Made by a program: the position numbers and the translations under genes. DNA of 64,000 nucleotides, taken from assembly GCA_963803435.1 (NCBI GenBank), contig CAWDML010000009.1:1472001-1536000 (forward strand), written 5' to 3'. The stretch is from an uncultured delta proteobacterium. GTDB lineage: Bacteria > Myxococcota > Kuafuiibacteriia > Kuafuiibacteriales > Kuafuiibacteriaceae. This document shows positions 47,401-56,957 of this stretch, piece after piece (the stretch's first letter is position 1; the number at the start of each line of letters is the position of its first letter). The notes under the pieces were generated by a model. That model did not search any database, was not told where the DNA came from, and was given only the letters and a program-made list of their open reading frames with translations.

Positions 47401-50400
47401 GAACGGCACCGAGACCGCCACCCGCCAGCTCCCGCTGACCGTGCGCGAGGACGCCAACCTGCTGATCGTTCCGATGGTCCTCTCGACCGGCCGCTTCAGC
47501 GAGGCTTACGAGACGCAGCTGATCGCCACCGGCGGCGTCCCTCCGATCAACTGGCTCCTCGAGGACGGCCAGCTGCCGAAGGGCGTGACGCTGGGTCTCG
47601 AGGGCAAGCTGACCGGGACGCCCACCGAGGTCGGTACCTTCACTTTCGCCGTCCGCGCCCGCGACAGCGCGAGCGGCGCCAACAATGCAACCGACGTGAA
47701 CTCGTTCGAGCTCCAGGTCCTCGACGTCGACGGGTTCTCGATCACGACCGAATCCCTTCCCGACGCCGTCATCGATCAGGGATACGACGTCACCATCACG
47801 GCCGCAGGAGGTCTCATGCCATACGAATGGACGGTCGCCGAGGGACGGCTACCGGACGGGCTCATCGCCAACAGCAGTCCCATGACGGGCGAGCTCCGCA
47901 TCGCGGGTCGTCCGGCGCAGACGGGCGTCTCCAATCTCTTGATTCAAGTCACCGACAGCCAGCGCCGCCGGGCGATCCGCGCGCTTTCGATCCGGGTGGT
48001 CGATCCGATCACCACGACCGGAGGCGGTGAGGGTGGCTGCGGCTGTACGGCGACCGACGGCCGCGCGGCGGGAGGGCTCTGGGTCTCGGTCTTGGGCCTG
48101 GGGCTCCTGCTCCTGCGCCGGCGTCGGCTCGCGCTGCTGGGGCTCCTCGGGGTCCTCTTCACCACGACCGCGTCCGCGCAGCCTGTTCCGGGGACGCCGT
48201 ATCAGCGGACCGTCAGCGCGCACACGTACACTCCGCTCTCGAACCCGACCGTCATCTGGAGCGACACCGACGACGCGGCCACGAACCTGAACCTGCCTTT
48301 CATGTTCCGCTACTACGACACGAACGTCACTGGCGACATCACGGTGGGTGCAAACGGCGCGATCGTGCTGGCCCCGGGTCAAGGGGTCTCGCTGGCGAAC
48401 GAGGCTCCGGGCACGTCGACGCTCAACAACTTTATCGCGCCCTTCTGGGACGACCTCCGGGTCTACGCAGGGACGGAGTCGATCAACTACCAGATCGACG
48501 GGACCGCCCCGAACCGCACGATGACCATCGAGTACAACATGATCAGCCTCTACGGGAACTCGGCCTTCCACACCAACTTCCAGGTGCGGCTGTTCGAGGG
48601 TCCCTCGGGACGATTGCAGATCGACTACGGCGACACGACCGGCACCGGCGCGCCCTCCGCCTCGATGGGCATGGAGGATGCGGCCGGCGGCCGCCCGATC
48701 TTCTTCCACCCCAGCATGTGCACGACCGCGTGCTCGCTCGCAGAGATCACCTCGCTGGCGAACATGCGGATCGATCTGGTCGAGGATCCGGGCGTGGAGA
48801 TCATCGCGAACGCGATCCAGGCGCCCGACTTCGCGTTCCTCGGTGCCCAGTCGACGATCAACGTCGCCGTCCAGAACCTGCATGGGACGCCCCTCGGCCC
48901 CTTCACCCTCCAGGTGCAGGCGGGGATGGGACCGACGGTCCAGAACCCGATCACCATCGGTACGCTCGACGTGACCCTCGGCGCGTTCCAGCAGCAGCTG
49001 ATCCCGGTGCCGGCGGTGTTCCCGCAGAGCCTGGGCGAGACCTCGGTCTACCTGAGGTTCACGGCCGACTCGGGCAACGCGGTGACGGAGGTGGACGAGA
49101 CCAATAACACGGTGGTGTCGACGACGCCGACGCGCCTCCTGCGCGGTCGCGCGGACCTGGCGGTGCAGTCGGTCCGGACCGACGTGCGGGCGGTCTCCGC
49201 GAACGGCGCGCTGACGATCTACTCCACGGTTCGGAACATCGGCGGCGAGCCCGCGAACAACGTGGCGGTGGCGGCGATCCTGTCGTCGAACCCGGTCATT
49301 AGCCCGCAGGACCTGGAGCTCGAGCGCTTCTCCGTCACGCTGGCTCCGGGCGAGACGATCAACTCCACCACCACGGTATCGCTCGCGGGCGTCAACTCGG
49401 GCGTCTACTACGCCGGAGTGCTGGCCGATCCGGATCGCATGCTCGACGAGCTGTCCGAGGCGAACAACGGACTCGCCGCGTTCTACCCGATCACCGTCAC
49501 CGGCGGCACGCTCGCCATCACCACCACCGCGCTCCCCACGGCGTACGTGCGCCAATCGTACACCGCACTGCTGGCGGCGGTCGGCGGCGACCAGGCGTAC
49601 CACTGGGAGCTCACCCAAGGCATGTGGCCGGCCGGGATCGGACTGGTGCCCAACACCGGCGAGCTGTTCGGTCGGCCCAGCGTCCAGGAGACTCAGACGA
49701 TCACCGTGCGCTGCACGTCGGGGAGTCAGACGGACGAGGCCACCTTCACGCTGGTGGTCAGCGATCCGGACGAGCCCCTCACGATCGTCACGCGCGCCGT
49801 CCCCGCTGCGGTGATCGGACAGGAGTACAGCTTCCGGCTCATCGCGACCGGCGGATCCGAGACCAGCTCCCTGGCATGGTCGGCGACCGGGCTCCCGGAC
49901 GGCATGGCGATGTCCTCCGACGGTGTCCTCGCGGGCTCGGTGAGCCTGGCCTCGAGCAGCACGATCAGCGTGATGGTCACGGACGGCACCGAGACGGCGA
50001 TGCGCGACATCCTCTTCGAGGTGGGACAGAACGTGAACCTGCTGATCGTGCCGGCCGTGCTCTCGACCGCCCACTACAACGAGGCCTACAGCACCAAGCT
50101 CACCGCCTCCGGCGGGCTTCCGCCCATCACCTGGTTGCGCCAGCTGGGCACGCTGCCCGAGGGTGTGGGCCTCTCGGCGGACGGCACGTTGAGCGGGACG
50201 CCTCTGCAGGTCGGGACCTTCCGGTTCGTGGTCGAGGCCCGCGACAGCGGCTCGGGCGGGCTGGCCGCCAAGGACGTCAACAGCTTCGAGCTCGAGGTCG
50301 TGGACATGGCCGGTGGCTTCACCATCTCCACCACGGAGATTCCGAAGGCGATCGTCGACACCGGCTACGAGGCGACGATCTCCGCGACCGGCGGCCTGCC

Positions 50401-50746
50401 GCCGTACGAGTGGAGCATCGAGGCGGGGCGTTTGCCGGAGGGCATGGTCCCCAGCTTTGACGCCACCACCAACGCCTTCCGGATCAGCGGCTCGGTCGGC
50501 GCACCCGGCGTCACCAATCTCCTGATCAGCGTCGTCGACGCGCAGGGTCGATCGGCCCAGCGCGCCTTCGCGCTCGTGGTCGAGGAGGCGCCGGCGATGA
50601 TCGACGAGAACGCCGACGGCGGGGGCTGCGGGTGCACCGCGGCGCGGACGTCTGGTCGCTCCGTCTGGAGCGGGATCGGCCTGTTCGCCCTGGCGCTCCT
50701 GGCCCTCCGGCGACGCCGGCGCACCTCGTCACCTCGGGTGAGATAA
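41484..50746 (+). CDS. Giant three-module surface polyprotein; each module has a WDD-motif (nidogen-like) tip domain, CARDB-like repeats, 4 He_PIG-type Ig repeats and a MYXO-CTERM; two +1 frameshifts (about 41884 and 43424)
   Basis: Signal MNLCARTLFTL...AHA|Q at 41484; continuity restored across ORFs 41397, 42160 and 43466. Repeated IAxxWDD, GTAPNR, ExxExNN and LPxGL motifs. Three GCGC-TM-Arg tags. Confidence 0.85.
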
Positions 50747-53300
50747 CGGGATCCCATGCCTTGACCGTTCGCGGGAAGGCTCCTCTAGTGATCCCGCGAT
50801 GGTGAAGCTTCGGACGGGATTCCAGCACTTCGCCATGGCCGCGCTGGCGCTCTGCGCCGGCGGCCGGGCCTGGGCAGAGCAGATCGCTGGCACACCCTAC
50901 ACACGTTCGGTCACACCGATCACGTACGCGCCGCTCGCGAGCCCGACGATCGTCTTCGACAACGAGCTGCAGGAGGAGTCGGAGGCCGACGTCACCCTGC
51001 CCTTCGTGTTCCGCTTCTACGACGCGGACGTCACCGGACCGATCACCGTCGGCTGTAACGGCACCATCGCGTTTCAGCCCGGGCAGCAGATCACGTACAT
51101 CAACGAGGTGCCGGGCGCCTCAGCGTCGCTCAGCGGCTACATCGGCGCGCTCTGGGACGACCTCGAGATCTACGTGGCGAACGGCGGGTACGTCGGCTAT
51201 CGCGTCGACGGCACAGCGCCCAATCGAACGATGACGTTCGAGTTCAACAACATCAGCCGCTTCCTCACCAGCGGGGTGACCTTCAACTTCCAGATCCGGC
51301 TGTTCGAAGGTCGAAGCGGTCACGTGCAGATCGACTACGGTCCCACCACCGGCTCCGCGGCGATGGACGCGACGCTGGCGATGGAAGATCAGAGCGGCGG
51401 CCGACCCATTCTGTTCTCGCCGACGATGTGCACGAACGCATGCTCGCTGGCGAACATCCAGGCGCTCACGAACATGCGGATCGACCTGGTGGAGGATCCG
51501 GGCGTCGAGATCATCGCGAACTCGATCCAGGCGCCCGCGTTCGCGTTTCTCGGGGCGCCGACCTCGATCAACGTGAGCGTCTCCAACCTGCACGGCACCT
51601 CGATCGGGCCCTTCACGTTGGCGGTCCAGGCCGGGACAGGCGCCTCGCTCCAGAACCCGGTCACGCTGGGGGCCCTCGACATCACGCTGGGAGCGTTCCA
51701 GCAGCAGACGGTCGCCATCCCCGCGGTCTTTCCGCAGAGCCTCGGCGAGACCACCGTCTACCTGCGAGCGGTGGCGGACGTGGCCAACACCGTCGCGGAG
51801 GTGGACGAGAACGACAACACGGTCGTGTCTGGCAGCCCCACCCGGCTCCTGCGCGGCCGGGCCGATCTCCGCGTACAGTCGGTCCGGACGAACCTTCGCG
51901 CGGTCTCGGCGAACGGCACGCTCACCGTCTACTCGACGGTGGAGAACATCGGCGGCGAGCCGGCGCTCGACGTCCCGGTCGCGGTGATCCTGTCGTCCAA
52001 CCCGGTCATCAGCCCCCAGGATCTGGAGCTCGCTCGCTTCGACGTCTCGCTCGCGCCCGGCGAGAGCGTCAACGCCACCACCACGGTGTCGCTGTCAGGC
52101 GTCAACTCGGGCGTCTACTACGCCGGGGCGCTCGCGGATCCCGAGGGCAGCCTCGACGAGCTGTCCGAATCGAACAACGGTCTGGCGGCCCTCTACCCGA
52201 TCACGGTCAGCGGCGGCACGCTCGCGATCACCACCACCGCGCTCCCGACGGCCGTCTTGCATCAGTCGTACACCGCGCTGCTGGCGGCGGTCGGCGGCGA
52301 TCAGGCGTACCGCTGGGAGCTCGTTCAAGGGATGTGGCCGGCCGGTCTCGGGCTGGTTCCCAGCACCGGTGAGCTGTTCGGCCGGCCCAGCGTTCAGGAG
52401 ACTCAGACCGTCACCCTGCGCTGCACGTCGGGCGCCCAGACGGACGAGGCCACCTTCACGCTGGTCGTCAGCGATCCCGACCAGCCCCTCACGATCGTGA
52501 CGCGCGCCGTCCCGGCGGCCGTGATCGGTCAGGAGTACAGCTTCCGGCTGATCGCCACCGGTGGCTCCGCGACCAGCTCGCTGGCGTGGTCGGCGACGGG
52601 GCTCCCCGACGGCATGTCGCTGTCGACGAGCGGCGTCCTCTCGGGCTCGGTGACCCAGTCCTCGAGCAGCACCGTCACCGTGACCGTCACCGACGGCACG
52701 GAGACCGGGACGCGCGACCTCCTGTTCGAGTCCACGGAGAACGTGAACCTCCTGATCGTGCCGACGGTCCTCTCCACCGCCCACTACAACGAGGACTACA
52801 GCACCAAGCTGATCGCGTCCGGCGGGCTGCCGCCCGTCACCTGGATCGTCCAGCTGGGGACGCTCCCCGAGGGGATCAGCCTCTCGGCCGACGGTACCCT
52901 GAGCGGCACACCGCTCGAGGTCGGCACGTTCCGCTTCGTGGTCGAAGCCCGCGACGCCGGGTCCGGCGGTCTGGCCGCCAAGGACGTGAACAGCTTCGAG
53001 CTCGAGGTCGTCGACATGGCCGGCGGCTTCACCATCACCACCACCGACATCCCGGCGGCGACCGTCGACGCTGGATACGAGGCGACCATCTCGGCCACCG
53101 GCGGCCTGCCGCCCTACGAGTGGAGCATCGAGGAGGGCCGCCTCCCGGAGGGGATGGTACCGAGCTTCGACGCCACCACGAACGCGTTCCGGATCAGCGG
53201 ATCGGTCGGCGCACCCGGCGTCACCAACCTCTTGATCAGCGTGGTCGACACGCAGGGGCGGCTCGCGAAGCGCGCCTTCGCGCTGGTGGTCGTGGAGGCG
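48770..53300 (+). repeat. Near-identical direct duplication of the CARDB/Ig stalk (about 48770-50590 vs about 51480-53300)
   Basis: Long stretches identical at protein level (e.g. PLTIVTRAVPAAVIGQEYSFRLIATGGS, GLAAKDVNSFELEVVDMAGGF) and highly similar at DNA level. Confidence 0.85.
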
Positions 53301-53435
53301 CCGGTGATGGTCGAAGAGAACACGGACACGGGCGGCTGCGGATGCACGGCCGCGGGAGCGCGTCGAGCTGGGGCCTCGCTCCTCGGCCTGATCGTGATGG
53401 GCGGCCTCCTCTTCCTCCGCCGCCGGCGTCTCTGA
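50799..53435 (+). CDS. Stand-alone paralog of the polyprotein modules (tip + 2 CARDB + 4 Ig + MYXO-CTERM)
   Basis: Own signal peptide ending AWA; same architecture; ends GGCGCTAAG...LLFLRRRRL. Confidence 0.9.
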   Translation: MVKLRTGFQHFAMAALALCAGGRAWAEQIAGTPYTRSVTPITYAPLASPTIVFDNELQEESEADVTLPFVFRFYDADVTGPITVGCNGTIAFQPGQQITYINEVPGASASLSGYIGALWDDLEIYVANGGYVGYRVDGTAPNRTMTFEFNNISRFLTSGVTFNFQIRLFEGRSGHVQIDYGPTTGSAAMDATLAMEDQSGGRPILFSPTMCTNACSLANIQALTNMRIDLVEDPGVEIIANSIQAPAFAFLGAPTSINVSVSNLHGTSIGPFTLAVQAGTGASLQNPVTLGALDITLGAFQQQTVAIPAVFPQSLGETTVYLRAVADVANTVAEVDENDNTVVSGSPTRLLRGRADLRVQSVRTNLRAVSANGTLTVYSTVENIGGEPALDVPVAVILSSNPVISPQDLELARFDVSLAPGESVNATTTVSLSGVNSGVYYAGALADPEGSLDELSESNNGLAALYPITVSGGTLAITTTALPTAVLHQSYTALLAAVGGDQAYRWELVQGMWPAGLGLVPSTGELFGRPSVQETQTVTLRCTSGAQTDEATFTLVVSDPDQPLTIVTRAVPAAVIGQEYSFRLIATGGSATSSLAWSATGLPDGMSLSTSGVLSGSVTQSSSSTVTVTVTDGTETGTRDLLFESTENVNLLIVPTVLSTAHYNEDYSTKLIASGGLPPVTWIVQLGTLPEGISLSADGTLSGTPLEVGTFRFVVEARDAGSGGLAAKDVNSFELEVVDMAGGFTITTTDIPAATVDAGYEATISATGGLPPYEWSIEEGRLPEGMVPSFDATTNAFRISGSVGAPGVTNLLISVVDTQGRLAKRAFALVVVEAPVMVEENTDTGGCGCTAAGARRAGASLLGLIVMGGLLFLRRRRL

Positions 53436-53443
53436 GATCCAGG

Positions 53444-53887
53444 CTAGGAGCGTGTAGCGCGTAGCGCTACCGCGAGCCCGGTCCGGGTCCCGGTCCCGGT
53501 CCCGGTCCCGATGGCGATCATGCAGCCCGGCGTGCGTTCATCGGCCTCATCAAGTCGCGTGAGCATCTCGACAACGCGCTTGAGCTTGGCTCTGGCGGCT
53601 TGGAGCTTCTGCTCGTTGGCGAGTCGGCGCCTCAAGCAGGTGTGGAGTGAGGCGGCGCTTTCGGTGCCAGAGCGAAGTGCCATCCGGTAGAAGCGAGCCT
53701 TCTCAGGTGGATTGAACTCTCCGGCGCCCTCGGCGGTGTTGTTCACGATGGAATCGGATGCCCGCCGAAGCTGATCGCGGACGTGAGCGTGACCGGGTTG
53801 CAGTTCTTGTGCGATCTCTTCAGCGATGTCGGCATACTCGACGGCGAGCTGGTAGGCCTCGAGCTTCTCGTGATCGAAAGTGACCAT
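53444..53887 (-). CDS. Four-helix-bundle protein (23S rRNA-IVP / bAvd-like family)
   Basis: Motifs FDHEKLEAYQLA, DQLRRASDSIVNNTAEG, KARFYRMALRSGTE; C-terminal GTGTGT is read from the repeat arm. Confidence 0.88.
   Translation of the reverse strand: MVTFDHEKLEAYQLAVEYADIAEEIAQELQPGHAHVRDQLRRASDSIVNNTAEGAGEFNPPEKARFYRMALRSGTESAASLHTCLRRRLANEQKLQAARAKLKRVVEMLTRLDEADERTPGCMIAIGTGTGTGTRTGLAVALRATRS
53478..53510 (+). repeat. CCGGTC hexamer tandem array (left arm)
   Basis: ccggtccgggtcccggtcccggtcccggtcccg. Confidence 0.85.
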
Positions 53888-53989
53888 GCAAGCTAGCTTG
53901 CGGTAGCTCGTCCACTTTGACCAGCAGAAGTTCTTGGAGGTCGTTTCGTCTGGAATCGATCGTTGGGCGGATCGACTTCGACGCCTGGA

Positions 53990-55109
53990 CTCGAAGTCCT
54001 GAAGCTTTGCCAAAAAGCAGGTTTGGTGCGGCTCGGACACGTCGCACTCGATGGCTCGAAGGTGCAGGCGAAACGCGAGCAAGCACAAGGCGATGACCTA
54101 CGAGCGGATGGCCGAGGAGGAGAAGCGGCTGTCTCTCGAGATCGAAGAACTGCTGGAGCGAGCGGGCACGATCGACCAAGAGGAAGACGAGCGGCTGGGC
54201 GTTGAAGAGACTGAAGAGGACATCCCAGCGGAGCTCGCTCGCCGTGAATCCCGCCTTGCCCGCATTCGAGAAGCGAAGGCTGCGCTGGAACAGGATGCCG
54301 CCAGGGCTCGCGCGGAGAAATTGCGCAGGCAAGCCGAAGAGCAGCAGAGCAAAGCGGATGATGCTCTTGTGGATCGGGTGGAGCAGAAGCGAACGAGAAC
54401 TCGAGCCGAGAAGGCAAGAGCGCAGGCTGACCAGCTCGAACCATCCCCAGACCCAACTGAACGAAGTGATGGATGGCCGCATCATCGCGTTCCTGCAAAT
54501 GTGGACGGCACACCGAGGCCCAACGCTCAGAGGAACTTCACCGACTCAGACAGCAGGATCATGTTGAAGGAGGGAGCGTACCTCCAGGCCTACAATGCCC
54601 AAGTTGTCGTAGATGAGCACGCTCAGGTGATTGTCGCCGAAGGGGTCAGCAACCAGGCACCTGATCAGCAACACCTCGTCCCGATGCTCCGTGATGTGTT
54701 CGGCAACTGCGGCGATGCTCCGCGGAAGATGACGGCAGACAACGGCTATCTGAGCGCGACCAACATCGAATTCTGCGACAACAATCAGATCGATGCCCAC
54801 ATCGCTGTTGGACGCGAACAGAACCAAGACGCGTCGACTCCGTCCTCATCAGCTTCGGAGCCCACACCTGCCTCGCTCGCTCGCAAGCGAATGCGAGACA
54901 AGTTGCAAACGCGCGACGGCAAGGCGGTCTACGCCCGCAGGAAGAGTATCGTCGAACCGGCGCTCGGACAGATCAAAGGGGCACGAGGATTCCGCCGGTT
55001 CTCGCTCCGCTCCTTCTTCAAGGTACGAGCCGAGGGGACGCTCGTCTGCCTCACCCACAACCTGCTCAAGCTCTACCAATCGAAGCTCGCGACCGTCGCG
55101 AGCGTCTGA
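53990..55109 (+). pseudogene. IS1182-family transposase, 5'-truncated, frameshift at about 54072
   Basis: Motifs VALDGSKV.ANASKHKAM, NFTDSDSRIM, QAYNAQ, TADNGY, RKSIVEP..GQIK. N-terminal domain is absent; extra A in gcgaaacgcg. Confidence 0.85.
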
Positions 55110-55131
55110 CTCAAGGCAGCCATCTTCAGAT

Positions 55132-55182
55132 CGGGACCCGGACGGGATCGGGACCCGGACCGGGACCGGGACCCGGACCGGG
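55132..55182 (+). repeat. GGGACC/CGGACC hexamer tandem array (right arm, inverted relative to the left arm)
   Basis: cgggacccggacgggatcgggacccggaccgggaccgggacccggaccggg. Confidence 0.85.
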
Positions 55183-55195
55183 GTCGCGTGAGCGC

Positions 55196-56920
55196 TTACG
55201 CGCTACACGCTCCTAGCCGGGCGGACCGGGGACGTACACCTGCCCGGTCGCCACCCGCTCCGAATCCAGGGGACATCTCGCCGAGGAGCCGCACCAGGTC
55301 CCAGTCGTAGCTGGCGGTGTGCGCGTCAGCCTCGCCCGCCGTCACGCGCACGGTGCACCCGTCCTGCGTGGGGAGCAGGACCACGCCCATGTGATAGGCG
55401 GCGTGGTGGAGGTCGAGGATGCCGCTCAGCCCCACCTGGTGGGGGCGGATCGGCTGGACCACGTCGTCATAGAGCGCCCGGATTGTCTCGAGGTCGTTCT
55501 CCCAGACCGTGATCGATCCGCTGTAGACGCGCTTCTCCGCGCCGCTCTCGGGCTCGCGGAGGTGGCGGAGCTTGTGGTCGAAGGAGACGTAGATCGCCTC
55601 GCCGTCTGCGAGCAGGAAGCCGTCCGCCAGCCCGGGCGGGATCTCGCCGGCGGGGTGCTTCGAGGCCCTCGGGCCGTCCGAGACCAGCAGCCGATCGCCC
55701 CGCCGCTCGACGCGGATCGGTCGTGTGCCCGGACCGAAGCCGAGCGCCTTTTTGTCGACGCGGAGCGCCTCGGGATAGAAGTCCACCAGCGAGCGCTCGG
55801 TCATCACCAGCTTGGCCGAGCACGGATCCTTGTCGCGACGCGGCGACATCGGCTCGACCCCGAGGTGAGCGGCGAGCACCAGGTCGAGCGCGTTGCGGAA
55901 GTCGTAGCGGGCGAGGTGGTCCAGATCGTCGAACACGAACGTCTGGACCCCGTAGGCCCAGGCGGGGACGCGATCGCCGTACTTGTCGCGGTACTTCTTC
56001 ACGATCGGCTCGGCCCCGAAGTCGGGACGGAAGCGCGTTCGGACCACGATCTTTCCATCGTCCCGTTGTGCGATCACCGCGTTCTTCGCGTCGAAGTTGA
56101 CCGGGCCCGAGTCGCCGATCGCCGGCGCCGGTGAGAGATAGCGAAACCTGGGCGCGAACGGCTGCGGGATTCCGCGCTCGTCCAGCGTCAGCTCGACGTA
56201 TCCGTTGCGGAGATAGAGGTTGCGATCGCCTGGGACGTGGCGGCGGACCTCGGTCCCGGACAAAAAGACGCGACCGTCGATCACGGAGATCCGCGGGTCC
56301 TCGAAGAGGAAGCCCTTCTCGGGCGCCGAATCGAGCAACCGGTGCACGAACTCGAGCCGGCCCTCGGCGCCGCGCTCGAAGAGCAAGAGGTCGGAGACGT
56401 AGCCCTCGGGCTTGTTGAACACGCCGGCGCTGGGATGGATCCGGTTGGTATAGGGACGGATGCCGCGCGTGATCACCAGCTCGCGCAGCACACCCGTCCG
56501 CGGATCGGGGATGGCGACGCTCGTCGAGTTCGGCGTCTCGTAGTAGACGCGGTCGCCGTAGCGCTTGAGGTCCCGCGCGGCCGGCTCGACCACGGCGACC
56601 TCACCGCCGCCCTCATAGCTGACACGGCCCGGCCGGATCGATCCGAGCAGCTCCACCCGCGCGGTGAACGCGTCCGACTCGGGGACGCGCGGGTGAAAGA
56701 CGAAGCGCGCCGGATCGTAGAGCGAGGTCTCGAGCACGCGCCGGGTGGTGGCCTCCCAATCGCCGAAGAGCCGGCCCACCTCCATCTCGGCGGCGATGAC
56801 CTCGAAGGCGAGGCCGGCCGGTGCGACGGTCTCCCGCCGACACCCTCGCACCGGACTCCGCTCGCATGCGCTCGTCGCGCGCTCCGCCTGGTCGCGGGGC
56901 TCCCAGCGGCTCGGCTCCAC
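55196..56920 (-). CDS. Hypothetical protein, remote GH130-like beta-propeller (start uncertain, possibly 56785)
   Basis: FEDPRISVIDG, KNAVI, GPGTRPI and MGVVLL resemble GH130 motifs, in order. Confidence 0.5.
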   Translation of the reverse strand: MEPSRWEPRDQAERATSACERSPVRGCRRETVAPAGLAFEVIAAEMEVGRLFGDWEATTRRVLETSLYDPARFVFHPRVPESDAFTARVELLGSIRPGRVSYEGGGEVAVVEPAARDLKRYGDRVYYETPNSTSVAIPDPRTGVLRELVITRGIRPYTNRIHPSAGVFNKPEGYVSDLLLFERGAEGRLEFVHRLLDSAPEKGFLFEDPRISVIDGRVFLSGTEVRRHVPGDRNLYLRNGYVELTLDERGIPQPFAPRFRYLSPAPAIGDSGPVNFDAKNAVIAQRDDGKIVVRTRFRPDFGAEPIVKKYRDKYGDRVPAWAYGVQTFVFDDLDHLARYDFRNALDLVLAAHLGVEPMSPRRDKDPCSAKLVMTERSLVDFYPEALRVDKKALGFGPGTRPIRVERRGDRLLVSDGPRASKHPAGEIPPGLADGFLLADGEAIYVSFDHKLRHLREPESGAEKRVYSGSITVWENDLETIRALYDDVVQPIRPHQVGLSGILDLHHAAYHMGVVLLPTQDGCTVRVTAGEADAHTASYDWDLVRLLGEMSPGFGAGGDRAGVRPRSARLGACSA

Positions 56921-56957
56921 CTCCGGAGTTATCGGCCGGGCGACCCCCGGGGGTGCC

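Larger units (their letters stand above)
53442..55218. mobile_element. IS-like element with about 70-bp imperfect terminal inverted repeats and CTAG at both ends
   Basis: 53442-53512 is close to the reverse complement of 55147-55218; CTAG at 53444 and 55213; interior visibly lower in GC than the flanks. Confidence 0.75.

Noticed and set aside
53444-53887. Diversity-generating retroelement (Avd-like gene beside repeated adhesin genes)
   Set aside because: No reverse transcriptase in the window, and differences between the repeats are not adenine-specific by eye.
53478-55182. CRISPR array
   Set aside because: Hexamer tandem repeats without spacers; no cas genes.
56943-56954. Palindrome ACCCCCGGGGGT after resB
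   Set aside because: Short, no loop or U-tract, and plausible by chance in GC-rich DNA.
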